Positions 25,136 to 36,667 of a DNA stretch of 64,000 nucleotides are shown piece by piece; position 1 is the stretch's first letter; each line of letters begins with the position of its first letter. The position numbers and the translations under genes are program-made. Under the pieces are notes generated by a model. It was not told the origin of the DNA, did no database searches, and saw only the letters and a list, made by a program, of their open reading frames with translations. Origin of the DNA: Felis catus (Eukaryota). The DNA lies in the NCBI RefSeq assembly GCF_018350175.1, contig NC_058368.1:73658001-73722000 (forward strand), read 5' to 3'.

Positions 25136-25714
25136 AGCCCTGTGTCATACCACCAGGCCGCAACTTGCCGGTGCATCATCTGAGCAAAGTGGCTGGGCAC
25201 ACTGAGGAGGCGAGCTCAGGTGTATGGTCTGACTCGCCTGGTTGTGGCGCTGACAGGCCTGATGCAGGGGGTGAAGGGAGAAGGGCAGCTCTGGCAAAAG
25301 GGCCAGAAAGGTGAGATGTTCATCCATAGTGTGTTGAATAAGATTGCAGAAATGGAATGAACTGCATTTTATTATTAAAAACCTTTTAAGAGTTAAAAAA
25401 AAAAGTTCTAGAGGACTGTGATATAAGCCTTTAGTTAGGTGGGCAGGTTGAGTATGATTGGACAAGGGAAAAGGACAGTTTGAAAATGACCACCATGTTT
25501 CCACAAGCCTGCACCATTGGGAACATGTCAAGAGAAATTCTAAGAGGGGAGTAGGTGTTGCCTAGGGAAGGAGAAAAGAGTATGGAAAAAATTTTAAATG
25601 CCTACTGCGTGTTAAGGGTCAACAGTACATTATCTTGTTTAATCTCCATGAAAATCCTACAAAATATTTATTCTCATTTTTATTGTGAATAAATGATTTC
25701 CTCCTGGAAATCAT

Positions 25715-26030
25715 CCTTGCTGTCTTGTTCTTCTTGGAGACCTGAGTAGCCATGGGAACAGGCCTGGCCCACCTGGCTAGATACTAACCAACCATGCGTC
25801 CCCTTGCCTTTGTAGTCCCAACTGACACCCACTAAATTCACAAAGAAGGAGCACCCCAGGACTGGGAGCTGACCACAAACATGTGAGTAAACCCAGCCCC
25901 ATATCCCTGAAAAACCACAGCTGACCCCGTGTGAAATTTCTGACCCACAGAATACTGACCTCAGTAGATGGTGGTTTTGAGCTACAATGTTTTGGGGTGA
26001 TTTGTCACGCAGCCACAGGTCACTAATGCA
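25715..26030 (+). mobile_element. MaLR LTR 3' part (MLT1G-like)
   Basis: ctgaccacaaacatgtgagtaaacccagc, tgacccacagaa, gttttggggtgatttgtcacgcagc. Confidence 0.7.
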
Positions 26031-26129
26031 GAAAATCGTCTGCATTAAATGGGGGTATGCTTCAGAGTGAATGAAATCATCAAAGGAGAGAATTATTAAG
26101 ATTCAAGTGATTTATTTTATTAAGTTTCT

Positions 26130-27340
26130 TTCATAGAATTATATTTACTATAAAACAACCCTAAACCCACAGAGAAGTTGCAAGGATGGTAAAAAGAACT
26201 TCTTCCTCTTTTTTCTTTTTTTTTTTTTTTTTAACCATTGAAACTTTAGACCCTGTTCAAGTTTTCCTATTTTCCCCAGAATGCCTGTTCGAGAAAAATT
26301 ATCCAGTTCAAAAATTACGTGTTGCCTTTAGTTGTCTTGGCTCTGTTCTTTCCTTCATTCTGGAACCAGTTTTCACCCTTTCTTCGACTTTGATAACCTT
26401 GACTCTTTCGAAGATTGCAAGGCAATTATTTTGCCGTATGTTTCTCTGTGTGAGCTTGTCCCGTGCTTTCTTATAATTAGACGCAGGTTACACACTGTAG
26501 GGAAGAACAACATGGAGGTTGTGCTGTCTTCTCATTGCATCTTACGAGGTTGTGAATGATTTGTATTTGTTCCATTACTGATAGTATTCACACTGATTAG
26601 TTGATTACTATTGTGTCTGCCAACCTTCTCCACTGTAAAGTTATTACTTTGCCTTTTGTAAAAAAGTACTTTGGGCAAGGTACTTTGAAATCATGGAAAT
26701 AACCCACTCCTTACCAAAACCTTTTTTCATTATTATTATTATTATTTTTTTACTTTATATCAATATGAACTCATGGGTTTCCTCTTTTTATTCTAAGAGT
26801 TATAATCTGTTATTATCATTATTTATTTTGATGTTCAAATTGTCTCTGATTTGGCTGGTACTATCTCAGTCAAGCTGCCTTGTGTTCTTTTGATATGGCC
26901 CCAGCATCCTTTGAGGACTCTATTGCTTGCTGGTCTAATGAGATATCACAGGCTCATCTTGTAATTTTCTGGGCCCTGTCTTAGAATTAGTCATTTCCTC
27001 AAGGAGCCTTGGTTTTTGTTTTTAGTGGAGAATGGTATTTAGAAGCTGGGATCTGGCTACTAAGTGGGCTCATTGCTGCAGGAATCTCACTCCTTGTGAG
27101 CTATCTCAATGGTTAGAACTAGGGAACATATATGTACACACACACACACACACACATAAATACACACACCCTTATGCATTTGCATGTATATTTTATAATC
27201 CATTTTATATATGGAAAACATGAGTTGAAACCAATTCTTCCACTTCCAATCCAACACTGCAGCATTCACTTTAGTTTTCTCCCTTTGTGTGTTTACAATT
27301 CCCCTCTCAAACAATGAGAAACCTGCCTCCCCCATCCATT
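26130..27340 (-). mobile_element. Old L1MC-type 3' fragment
   Basis: cacagagaagttgcaag, gttgcctttagttgtc, ttctccactgtaaagtta, catttcctcaaggagccttggtt..gagaatggtatttagaa. Confidence 0.75.
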
Positions 27341-28600
27341 AATGTATTGACTGATTCCTCAGTATGTAATGATCTCTGTTGCCACTGCACTTTCCTTCCC
27401 TGTGGTCCACCCCGCATCTGTGCTGACTCACCCCTCTTGGGTAAGCACACTCCTGCCCCTGCTGGGGCTCTGACAGCCCACTGCAGGCTACATCTTTGTA
27501 GTTCCTCACCTGCTCTGCCCCAGCTAATAACTTCAGGAATGAATTGCTGGGAAGAGAAGAGGAAGAGAAAGAAAAGTTAGATGGGTGGGAAGCTGGGAGG
27601 AATGGAAAAATGGTTGAGATAGGAATTAGAAAACCCTTTTCATGATGGTGCTTACATGGACAAGTGCAGCGAAGCCCACACATGAATATCCAGAAGAGAC
27701 TTACTAACAGTAGCAGCATTTTGAACAGCCGTGTCCAAAACAAATGCAAATATTATGTCACAGGCTCTAAAGAAGAGACACATCATAGACTAACCACTTG
27801 TCAAACAGAATTAGAATATTGCCCAATCCTCAAGTACAGGGCAAAAACTATAAGGTTTGTTGACTGTATGCCAACCTCTGACTACTGCCTGTCGGGTCAG
27901 AAATCCAGTGTAGGGTCATCTTGTGTTTTCCCAGTGACCCCTGAGGGATCCTACCTTTGATCTGGACTCTCTCCTACTTCTTCCACTGCTGTTAAACATG
28001 GATCAGAAAGAACACTGGCAATTCAGTGAAGGGTTGAAAGCTAAGCTATTTTGCCAGGTGGTTTTCAAAGGTAAACACTCTTCAGATTTCAGGAAACTGA
28101 TTTTTTTTTTCTTCTGTAAATGCTTCTTGAGGTAAATAGTTTCCAGAAAGGGAGGTGGGGAATGGCATTGATCAGGGAGGTGGGAACTGCTTTTCCCTTC
28201 AAGGTTTCTGGAGTGGCTTTTATCTCTTTGGCTTTTGTCCCATATCTTGCCTGAATGGCCCGGTGCCTTATCGACTCTTTGCTGGTATAATTTGCATACA
28301 TTTTCAGGTACCTCATTAAGCATTTCTGGGCTGCTGACATCCTTTGCCAGCCCATGGTACTTTTATTATTGAGTTCCCACAGAGAATTTAGCAATGTTTT
28401 AGAGGATTGGTTTAGTGTTGGAAATGGAAACAGTCTCCTTACCTGATCAAAGAGGAAACGTGCAAGGGTAGAGAGAATGCACTGGGACTGAGAGATGTTT
28501 GTATGGTTCTTCATGCTCATTTTGGAACAAATGCCCAATTTAAGCAGACAATATGGGTCTTTATTACCTGGAGCTTGGCACGCTAAAAAAGAAACAGCAC

Positions 28601-28640
<40 letters not shown>

Positions 28641-28651
28641 GAGGGGGGGGG

Positions 28652-28695
<44 letters not shown>

Positions 28696-28704
28696 AAGAG
28701 GGAC

Positions 28705-28730
<26 letters not shown>
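28601..28730. repeat. (TG)n(AG)n compound microsatellite
   Basis: Direct reading. Confidence 0.95.
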
Positions 28731-28735
<5 letters not shown>

Positions 28736-29677
28736 CAGCTTGTGGTTTACCAATGGGGTTAACTTCATAGCACTTCACTGTACTCATATATTCTTATTTT
28801 CACTCCCAAACATCTGTCCATTTTTGTTGTGTTCTCTTTATCTCACCTTAAATTAAGGAAAAACAGAATTTGAGTTAATTAATTTTCAGTTAATGTCTAC
28901 ATCTTGAAACATATTCCACTATTCTCTGGCTGTCTAATGATTAGATTTCAGTAATTATATTCAGGCATTTTGGGCCAGAGATAGAAGTCAGCCGAGTGTT
29001 TGGTCCTAGGCTGTCGGTCTCGCTCTGTGTCTTCTTCAATATATTCTAACTGCAGTCACTTTCCTCTAATGGCAACTCACAGAAAACCAATAGCATCCTC
29101 AATAAAAGGGTTGATGATATTTCCTTCTCCTCTGGGACCCTGAGATTTTGCTAAACCTTTTTCCAAGACTGAGGAAATCCTATTAATGGCAGAGTAAAAG
29201 TAGAGTATGCTGTGTTTCTTGGAGCCCACCCTGTCTCTGGTCATAGGTGATGGCCAGGACCGTATTTTGTCCTCAATCCCGTCTGAGTGCCATTTGACAT
29301 CTATTCCCATCACACTTTGGATATGACCAAAGGAGGATGTCCCTGTCAAAGCTGCCCAATGAATAATCGAATCCAACCTGCAATTTTTCCAGGCTGTCAA
29401 ACATTTCTGGGGTTGAGTTCACAGGGAGATTTTTTTTCCTCTCTTGAATTAAAATTGGGAGTAGGGACAGGGAGATTAAAGGCACTCAGAGAGAAAGTGC
29501 AGGAATTCTTTATGAGTATAACTTCGTAGGTAAGATATCTTCACTTCATTCGTTCCCAGAGAAAATAAAGGGCAATCACTGGACAAGGGAGGAGTTGTGT
29601 CTTTCCAAAATGTTTTGAGAATAAATAAAACATATACTTTACTCCCATGTTTTGCCCTGTTTTTCACTGGCCTCTGA

Positions 29678-29811
29678 CAGTGCTTCTCAAACTTTCATGT
29701 GCACACAAATTACCTGGGGAATCTTTGTTAAGCTGCAACTTTTTAAAAAACTTTTTTTAAAGTTTATTATTATTTTTTTTATTTTGAGAGAGAAAGTGTG
29801 AGTGGGGGAGG

Positions 29812-29858
<47 letters not shown>

Positions 29859-30085
29859 TATCAAGCAGGCTCTACCCGGTTAGTGCAGAGCCTGATGTGG
29901 GGCTCAAACCTACAAACCATGAGATCATGACCTGAGCCGAAGTTGGATGCTTAACCAACTGAGCCACCCAGGTGCCCCTAAGCTGCAACTTCTTATCCAC
30001 AAAGTCTGGGATGAGGCCCTGGATTCTGCATTTCTGACAAGCTCCTAGAACATGCTGATTTATGAGCCATACTTGGAGTAGAAGA
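29678..30085. mobile_element. MER5-family hAT-Charlie MITE interrupted by a SINE
   Basis: cagtgcttctcaaacttt..tacctgggga before the SINE; ttctgcatttctgacaagctcc after it. Confidence 0.75.
29742..29978 (-). mobile_element. CAN-SINE
   Basis: TSD taagctgcaactt at 29729-29741 and 29979-29991. Confidence 0.95.
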
Positions 30086-30093
30086 AGCCAGAG

Positions 30094-30845
30094 CAGGGGT
30101 TCTGAAAATGTGGTCTTGGGCCAGCAGCATCAGCATCACCGAGAAACATATTAGAAATGGAAATTGTGGGGCCCTAGCCCAGACTGACTATAACAGGTGG
30201 AACGGACACCAAAGATGTCCACCCTCTAATCCATTGAGCCTGTGAATATATCACATACAAGAGGAACTTTGCAGGTGCAATTGAGGTTCATAAACTTTTC
30301 AGACAAGGAGATTATTCTGGATTATCTAGTGGGCCCATTCTAATCATAGTGAGTCCTTAAAAGTAGAGACGTCTCTCTGGCTGAAGTCAGAGAGATGCAG
30401 TGGAGAGGAAAGTCTGAGAGGTTCAAAATATGAGAGAGATGGGATCTGCTGGAGGGGACTGCATGGACAGCATGGGAAAGAATGCAGGCAGCCTCTAGAG
30501 GCCAGTTTGGCTCTTGATTGACAGCCAGCAAGGCATGTGGATGCAGTCCCACAAGCATGAGAAACTGAATGACCCAGGAGGCAAATTCTTTCCTGAGGCT
30601 CTGAAAAAGAATGCGGTCCTCCCAGCACCTCCTTGATTTCTGGCCCCTGAGACTCTAAGCAGAGAACCCACTTAAGCTGTGTGCTGACTCACAGGACTGT
30701 GACTAACAAACTTGTGTTTTAAAGCCATTAAGACTGTGGTAATTTGTTACAGCAGCAATAGGAAACAGATACGCTGACGGAATCAGTTCTGAGCATAGGG
30801 CCCAACAGTCTGTTTTCATAAGCTCTGCAGATTATTCTGATGCTA
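30094..30845. mobile_element. MER5A split by an LTR
   Basis: gtggtcttgggccagcagcatcagcatcacc..ttagaaatg before the LTR; gaatcag..gggcccaacagtctgtttt after it. Confidence 0.75.
30189..30773 (+). mobile_element. MaLR solo LTR (MLT1D/E-like)
   Basis: caaagatgtccac, ggagattattctggattatc, gtggtaatttgttacagcagcaataggaaac. 5-bp TSD ctgac at 30184-30188 and 30774-30778. Confidence 0.9.
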
Positions 30846-31902
30846 TAGAAAGAGCATGCGTTAGAGCCTGCAGGGAACCCAACCTAAATGGTTGCAGTGT
30901 CAGCCAATCATCCTAACATCCCTGATATTTTTTCCTCATTTGTAAAATGGGGTTAATAAACCAAAGTGTTGATGTGGGAACTTAGATCAGAATCTCTGGC
31001 AGAATATTTAGCAGTTCTTATTATAGGAGGTCCTCAAATGTTACCTTCTTTCCTTCCTTCCATTTCCTTCCATGGACACACTAAATGCAAACAATATTGA
31101 TGATTCTGATGTCAGCCTTCTGAGGCTTAGGGCTTGGAACTTGACCTTGATTGTCATTGTGTAAATATGAGCTGGAAAGGAAAACCAGAATCACAGGAAG
31201 GAGATGCAGGTCTAATTTATAAGCAATTGCCTTGCTCAGCCTAATTGCTACTCTTCAAAAAGAGAACAATGAACATGCTTCCCTTGTTTTTAGAAAAAAT
31301 TCAACACTATTCAAATCTTGATATAGAACAGTTGGTTCTAAATGTGACCTTTTAATCATAGCAAGAGTGTAAGTCGGTTCTTTACGTCAGGCAGTCTTTG
31401 CTGTGGGACCACAACAGCTAAAACATGTTTATATTCTGTACATTCTTAAGGATGCAATGTACTAATTCTAATTTGCTAGTCTACTGGAGTGCTCTAATGC
31501 TCATTAATTAAAAAAAAAACCTTCAAGCGTATTTTCTTTCAATTGTGTCCACCTCTGAGCTGAAAATATTTGCTAATTCTTTGTCCTTTATCCACTCTGT
31601 AAGGCGAGCTGCTTCCTTGGATGATTACATATTCTTCTCCTCCATGATCGCTACAGCCTTTCCCTTCTGACCATCAATCACTGTGTGATGAAATTTGTTG
31701 ATTGGGTTTATTTTGCAAATGATGCAGTTTGCAAAGTCCCAGGTTCATAGTCATTTTCCATGGCTGTCTAGACGAGACTAAAACTCTCAATCAATCAACA
31801 CTTCTAGATTAATTTTTCCCTCTCTGTGAAATAAAAAAAAAGTGAATTAAGAGTTAAATTAGGCTTCCTGGCTTATGTATTTATTAATCAATCAACCTTC
31901 CA

Positions 31903-32113
31903 CATAATACTAAATTAATGTTTATGGTACAATATCTGCATACCGATTTCTGCGGCTGCCAGTTTGAAAATAGTGCTGTGCTGAAGCAAGATTCTATCTG
32001 CTGTGAACATTTTTATAATGAGCTGCAGCCCTGGAAACATTGAAACCCATTTAAAAAGTGACCTGCATAATCTCTCAGAGAAAATTAAATGGGTGAAAGA
32101 TCATGAATAAGAA
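31903..32113 (+). pseudogene. POGLUT2-like: Disabled exon homologous to POGLUT2/KDELC1 (GT90/CAP10 protein O-glucosyltransferase)
   Basis: Frame-corrected translation [66 protein letters not shown] versus recalled human [70 protein letters not shown]. Three stops and three 1-nt indels. Followed by GTAAAT at 32114. Confidence 0.9.
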
Positions 32114-32404
32114 GTAAATATATATTTAAATGGCATCAAGATGGCGTCTTTTCTTTGCTGTGCAGTTCTTGGTTTTATTAATGTAAAACGGCAGCTGAGT
32201 GACTTGGGGACTGGTTGGAAGGATTCTACAACTTACAGATACTCTTCCTTTAAATATATGGATAGCCCAAATCTCCTCCATCCACATCACATGTCTTATT
32301 ATTACAAGTTTTAAATGTTCTTAGTGCCCACAGAATGGTGCTAAATAGCCTTTTACAGTTAACATGTTGATTTTGTCTAACAATGGGGTATAGAGTGGAG
32401 GTTA

Positions 32405-32558
32405 ATTACCTGAAATGTAGTCCTCAGAGGAGAAGCATTGACATCATTGGGGAACTTGTTAGAACTGCTGGGTCTTAGATTCCAGATCTTCTGAACCGGA
32501 ATCTTCATTGTAACAAAACCCGAGGCAATTTGCCCATACAAAAAAGTGTGAACACTGT
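32405..32558. mobile_element. MER5A1-like MITE
   Basis: gcattgacatcattggggaacttgttagaa..ctgaaccggaatct..taacaaaac. Confidence 0.65.
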
Positions 32559-32867
32559 TGGAGTAAAAAATGGCTGGGAGGTGGGGGTGTGGGCACTGTC
32601 AGGGTGTGGAGCATAGAGGTGGTGAAAGACAATCTTGGACAGAAATGTGCTTCTCACCTGCTTGCTATCAAGTAGGGAGAGATTTGTGACGAATCTCTTG
32701 TGTTCTTTTGCCTTTTTATCCTGGCATTCAGTAGAATGCATATGTTAAATGGTTGTGTAGATTTGATGGTATAGTTTATAATTATGCACTCATGGAACAA
32801 GTCTACATGGCTTGTGTTCCATTCTCTAATACAGTGTCTTCCAAATTTCAGCATGACCTTGAGTGAG

Positions 32868-33075
32868 AAGCAGTGTGGGTAGTGGAAAACCCAAAGGTTT
32901 GTGGCTACATAGAACCAGACTTCAAATCTAACCCTGACGATGCTATTGTGTTGATAGTTTCTTTATGTGCAAAACAGGCAAAATAGCCATGCTGTCGCAG
33001 ATGGTTGACATGAGATGATGCACAGGAAGCTCCATGTTCAGTGACTGAAACCAAGTAGGAATCTAGCAATGGTGT
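32868..33075 (+). mobile_element. MIR SINE
   Basis: agcagtgtgggtagtggaaa head, agtttctttatgtgcaaaa core. Confidence 0.6.
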
Positions 33076-33297
33076 CTTCCTCTTTCATACTGATCATTCA
33101 CTGGCCCACCCATCCATCCATCCCATATCTATTATGGGTACATGTGGATAAATCCGTCTATCCATGTAAACATCTGTCCATATATCCTCTATTTATGTAT
33201 ATTTTCTTTTTTTCTTCTGCATACGTCTTCTTCTTGTCTTCTGTTGTCAGTAAAAATTTCCTGTCTTTCCATCAGGCATGCCACCTCCACTGTTTCT

Positions 33298-33521
33298 TTT
33301 TCTTTTTTTTAATGTTTATTTATTCTTGAGAGAGAGAAAGAGAGGGAGAGAGAGAACGAGTAGGGGAGGGGCGGAAAGAGAGGGAGACACAGAATCTGAA
33401 GCAGATTCTAGGCCCTGAGCTGTCAGCCCAGAGCCCAACATGGGGTTCAAACCCAGGAACTATGAGATCATGACCTGAGCTGAAGTCGGACGCTTAACCG
33501 ACTGAGCCCCCCAGGAGTCCC
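33298..33521 (-). mobile_element. CAN-SINE
   Basis: gagacacagaatctgaagcag..gagatcatgacctgagctgaagtcggacgcttaaccgactgag. Confidence 0.95.
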
Positions 33522-35671
33522 CACTACTTCTATTCTTTCCCAGCTAGGCAAATGAACACATAGAGGCAAGTCAGGTTCTTGGGAAGAAATGTTCCAAATA
33601 GCTGAACTCGGAAGGTATTGCACATTATTGTATTAATATTATGCGCTCATTATGTCCAGTTTCATGGGCCTCTACCTTCTTCTCTCCTAAAGCATGATTG
33701 GTGCTTCCCAGAGCTCATCTTAGTCCTTCCAACACGCTCTTAGGAATTTTTTGGCTGAATAAAATGGGCATCCATCTAGATTAGACGTTGCCAGGCATGT
33801 TTCTCTCCCCGCCTGCTTCTCATTCCCTACATACTTCTGTAAGTGTTGGGTGCTCCCATAGTAGCAGTGAGGAAGGTGACCCTTTTGCTGGCATTTAGGT
33901 TCTTAACACAACCCAGATAATATCACACTTCTATTCCTTCCTTTACTGCCCTGAGTGTGTGGGGAGGGATGAGGGGAAGGTATACCTGGGCTTGTGTCCT
34001 CACAGGGAAAGCTCTTGAGCCCTGGTGTCTTCAGGAAATCAGTATCAGCCTCCTGACATTGGGAGAACAAGATTTTGATATTGAAACTGATCCTTCAGTA
34101 CGAACTGGAATTATTCCCTGCTGAGCCAAACTGCTCATTTATCTTGTACGTGACAAAATTCGCTCCAGCATATGCTTTCACCTTTGATAGGGGAAAAAAA
34201 AGTCATTTTAATTGCTAGTTAAGACTGCTGGGTTACTTTAATTTGCAGGCTCTTTATTAACTGTGATCTATTTCATTTAAAACAGCAATAAATGAGATTT
34301 GGTGTTAGCCTCCCAACTATTAAATTTCACAGGCTCCGTTAGAAGACTTGGGGTCACCCTTTGAGACTCTGAGGCATTTCCATTTAAGATCTTAGCATAC
34401 TTGAACTGTAGACAGAGCCATGATACATAGTAGGTTCTTAATAAATGTTTGAACACCAGAAAAAGACGTGTATATGCTTGTCCCCCATTTCCTTTAATAC
34501 ACTTGTTCCCATAGGTTGTGGATAGGACATAATTTCTCCTCGTTACATCTCTCACATCAAAACATATGTGGCAGCAGTTGCTTAAAGTATCTACGTCAGG
34601 TATGGAAAGCTGTACATGTGCTCATAGGGATTTAATCCAGCCAATTTCCTTACTCTGGTTTTACTTAGATGAAGGCAGGCAGGATCGGGAGCTCCTTCAA
34701 ATACCAGGCCAGTTGTGAGCTGGAGACTGAACAACAGGTTTTAGCCCATGGGATGGAAGTTCTGTTAAACTACCTTAGAAAAGCGACAGCGTATTTCGAT
34801 GAAAATAAGGTAGTACTAGAATCCTTGAGACCTGTGCTCTGGTCCCAATTCCTACTGTTCACTGACTTGTGACCTTGAGCAACTCACTTCTCTCTCTATA
34901 GATCTCAGTGGTTTCACCTGCAGGACGTAAGGCTGGAGATGCCAATCTTGTTTGGGTTCCAAGCTCTGTCACTGCCATCCATATCCCACTCAGGTATCAG
35001 AACCTGGATTCTCATTTGGTTTTATCTAGGTCTTAATTTCTGGGCACGTCACTGCAGTTTTGTGAAGGATATCCTTGAACTGGTTAGTTGGACATATTTT
35101 TAGAGAAATTATGAGCATCTTCAGTGTGGCGTAGCTACATGTCACCCAGGTCACCAAAACAGACAGAATGCAACCCACCTCCTTGTGATGACTTGGCCAT
35201 GTTAGCTGAAGGTGGGACGTTGTGCTGACATGTATGTGCCCTTGGGATCCTGGAGGTACCTCAGCCCATCACGTCAATCAAGGACATGGGATTGTCATAG
35301 TGTTTAGTTTCTTGGCCTGGCCCCCTGCCCCCCGCACCTTGCCATCAGTTGTTACTTCTTATGCTATTGGTTACCGGGGGAATGCAGGTAGCTAAACTAG
35401 AAATCAGTGACCCCAAATCTGTGCATCACACTAAGCCTGCGGCTCTCACTTGACAATGACTTTATTTTTCTTTCTCCTGAGAGTAAAGTGCATGGACTTA
35501 TTGACAACACTTTCCTTTGTAACTGATTTATTTGGTTGACGGCAGTGACTTTAAGGTCTAGAGTTGCCAGAAATCAAAGTAGAAGGTGGGGAGGTGGGTT
35601 TCTTATATATGACTGTATGCAAATATAAAATCAGTAATATATCATGTTCAGTATCAAAAAGTACCATATTA

Positions 35672-35885
35672 AAATTTTTTTTAACATTTATTTATTTTTG
35701 AGACAGACAGAGATAGAGCATGAACGGGGGAGGGTCAGAGAGAGAGGGAGACACAGAATCTGAAACAGGCTCCAGACTCTGAGCTGTCAGCACAGAGCCC
35801 GACGTAGGGCTTGAACTCAAAGACCGTAAGATCATGACCTGAGCCGAAGTTGGATGCTCAACCGACTGAGCCACCCAGGCGCCCC
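35672..35885 (-). mobile_element. CAN-SINE
   Basis: Typical body, flanked by repeated aaaaagtac. Confidence 0.95.
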
Positions 35886-35908
35886 AAAAAGTACATTTTA
35901 AAAAACTT

Positions 35909-36125
35909 CAATTTTTTTTAAAGGTTTATTTATTTTTGAGAGAGGGAGAGAGAGAGAGCGTGAGCAGGGGAAGGGCAGAGAAGAGAGGGAGACACAGAAT
36001 CCAAAGCAGCTCCAGACTCTGAGCTGTCAGCACAGAGCCTGATGCAGGGCTCACACTTTGGAACCACGAGGTCATGACCTGAGCTGAAGCTGGACGCTTA
36101 ACCGACCGAGCCACCCAGGTGCCCC
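35909..36125 (-). mobile_element. CAN-SINE (tandem with the previous one)
   Basis: Typical body. TSD tttaaaaaactt at 35897-35908 and 36127-36138. Confidence 0.95.
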
Positions 36126-36612
36126 ATTTAAAAAACTTTAAAGTTCCATAGAGCACTTAGCACAGTGTCCTCATAGGGAGTGGACAGCTAATTAATTTTG
36201 TGAAAATGCACTTTGCACTTGATCATGTGGATTATAGATCCCAACTCACATATATCTGATGGTCATTTAAGTTTCTAAGGCATTACAAAGGAAGATATAT
36301 ATGTCCCGAGATTCCTCTAGCCTCCCTGTGTTTTGGGTACAAATGAGAGCACTTAAACATGAACATGGACCCAAATTTCACTTGTCCCAAGAAGCTCACA
36401 CAGGACTTTGAATACTTCAGAAATTCCCCAGATGTGCTTATAAGCATGTCTATTGCTGCCAGATGTTAATGCAACCCCTCCACTTTAACAAGGCAGTCTC
36501 TGGGTTTTGCGGTTTGCAGATCAGAGTCCCAGGGTGATGGGAGCTACATTATATTTTATTGTGAAGCAGAGAATGACAGCTGCTCTCTGGTTTCTGGCTT
36601 GTCCTCCCCCAC

Positions 36613-36624
36613 CATTATCATCAT

Positions 36625-36655
<31 letters not shown>

Positions 36656-36667
36656 AGCATTATCATT
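36613..36667. repeat. (CAT)n(CAG)n compound trinucleotide microsatellite
   Basis: Direct reading. Confidence 0.9.

Noticed and set aside
28437..28478. Minus-strand pyrimidine tract plus CAG|GTAAGG (recursive-splice-like)
   Set aside because: Such motifs are expected by chance in 64 kb, and this one is opposite to the inferred transcription direction.
28089..28856. 232-aa and overlapping ORFs
   Set aside because: Their length comes from the (TG)n(AG)n microsatellite, and I recognise no homology.
31330..31720. Possible CR1/L3 motifs on the minus strand (RSHLE, RLTEW)
   Set aside because: The motifs are too short and poorly spaced, and they overlap an equally weak alternative reading.
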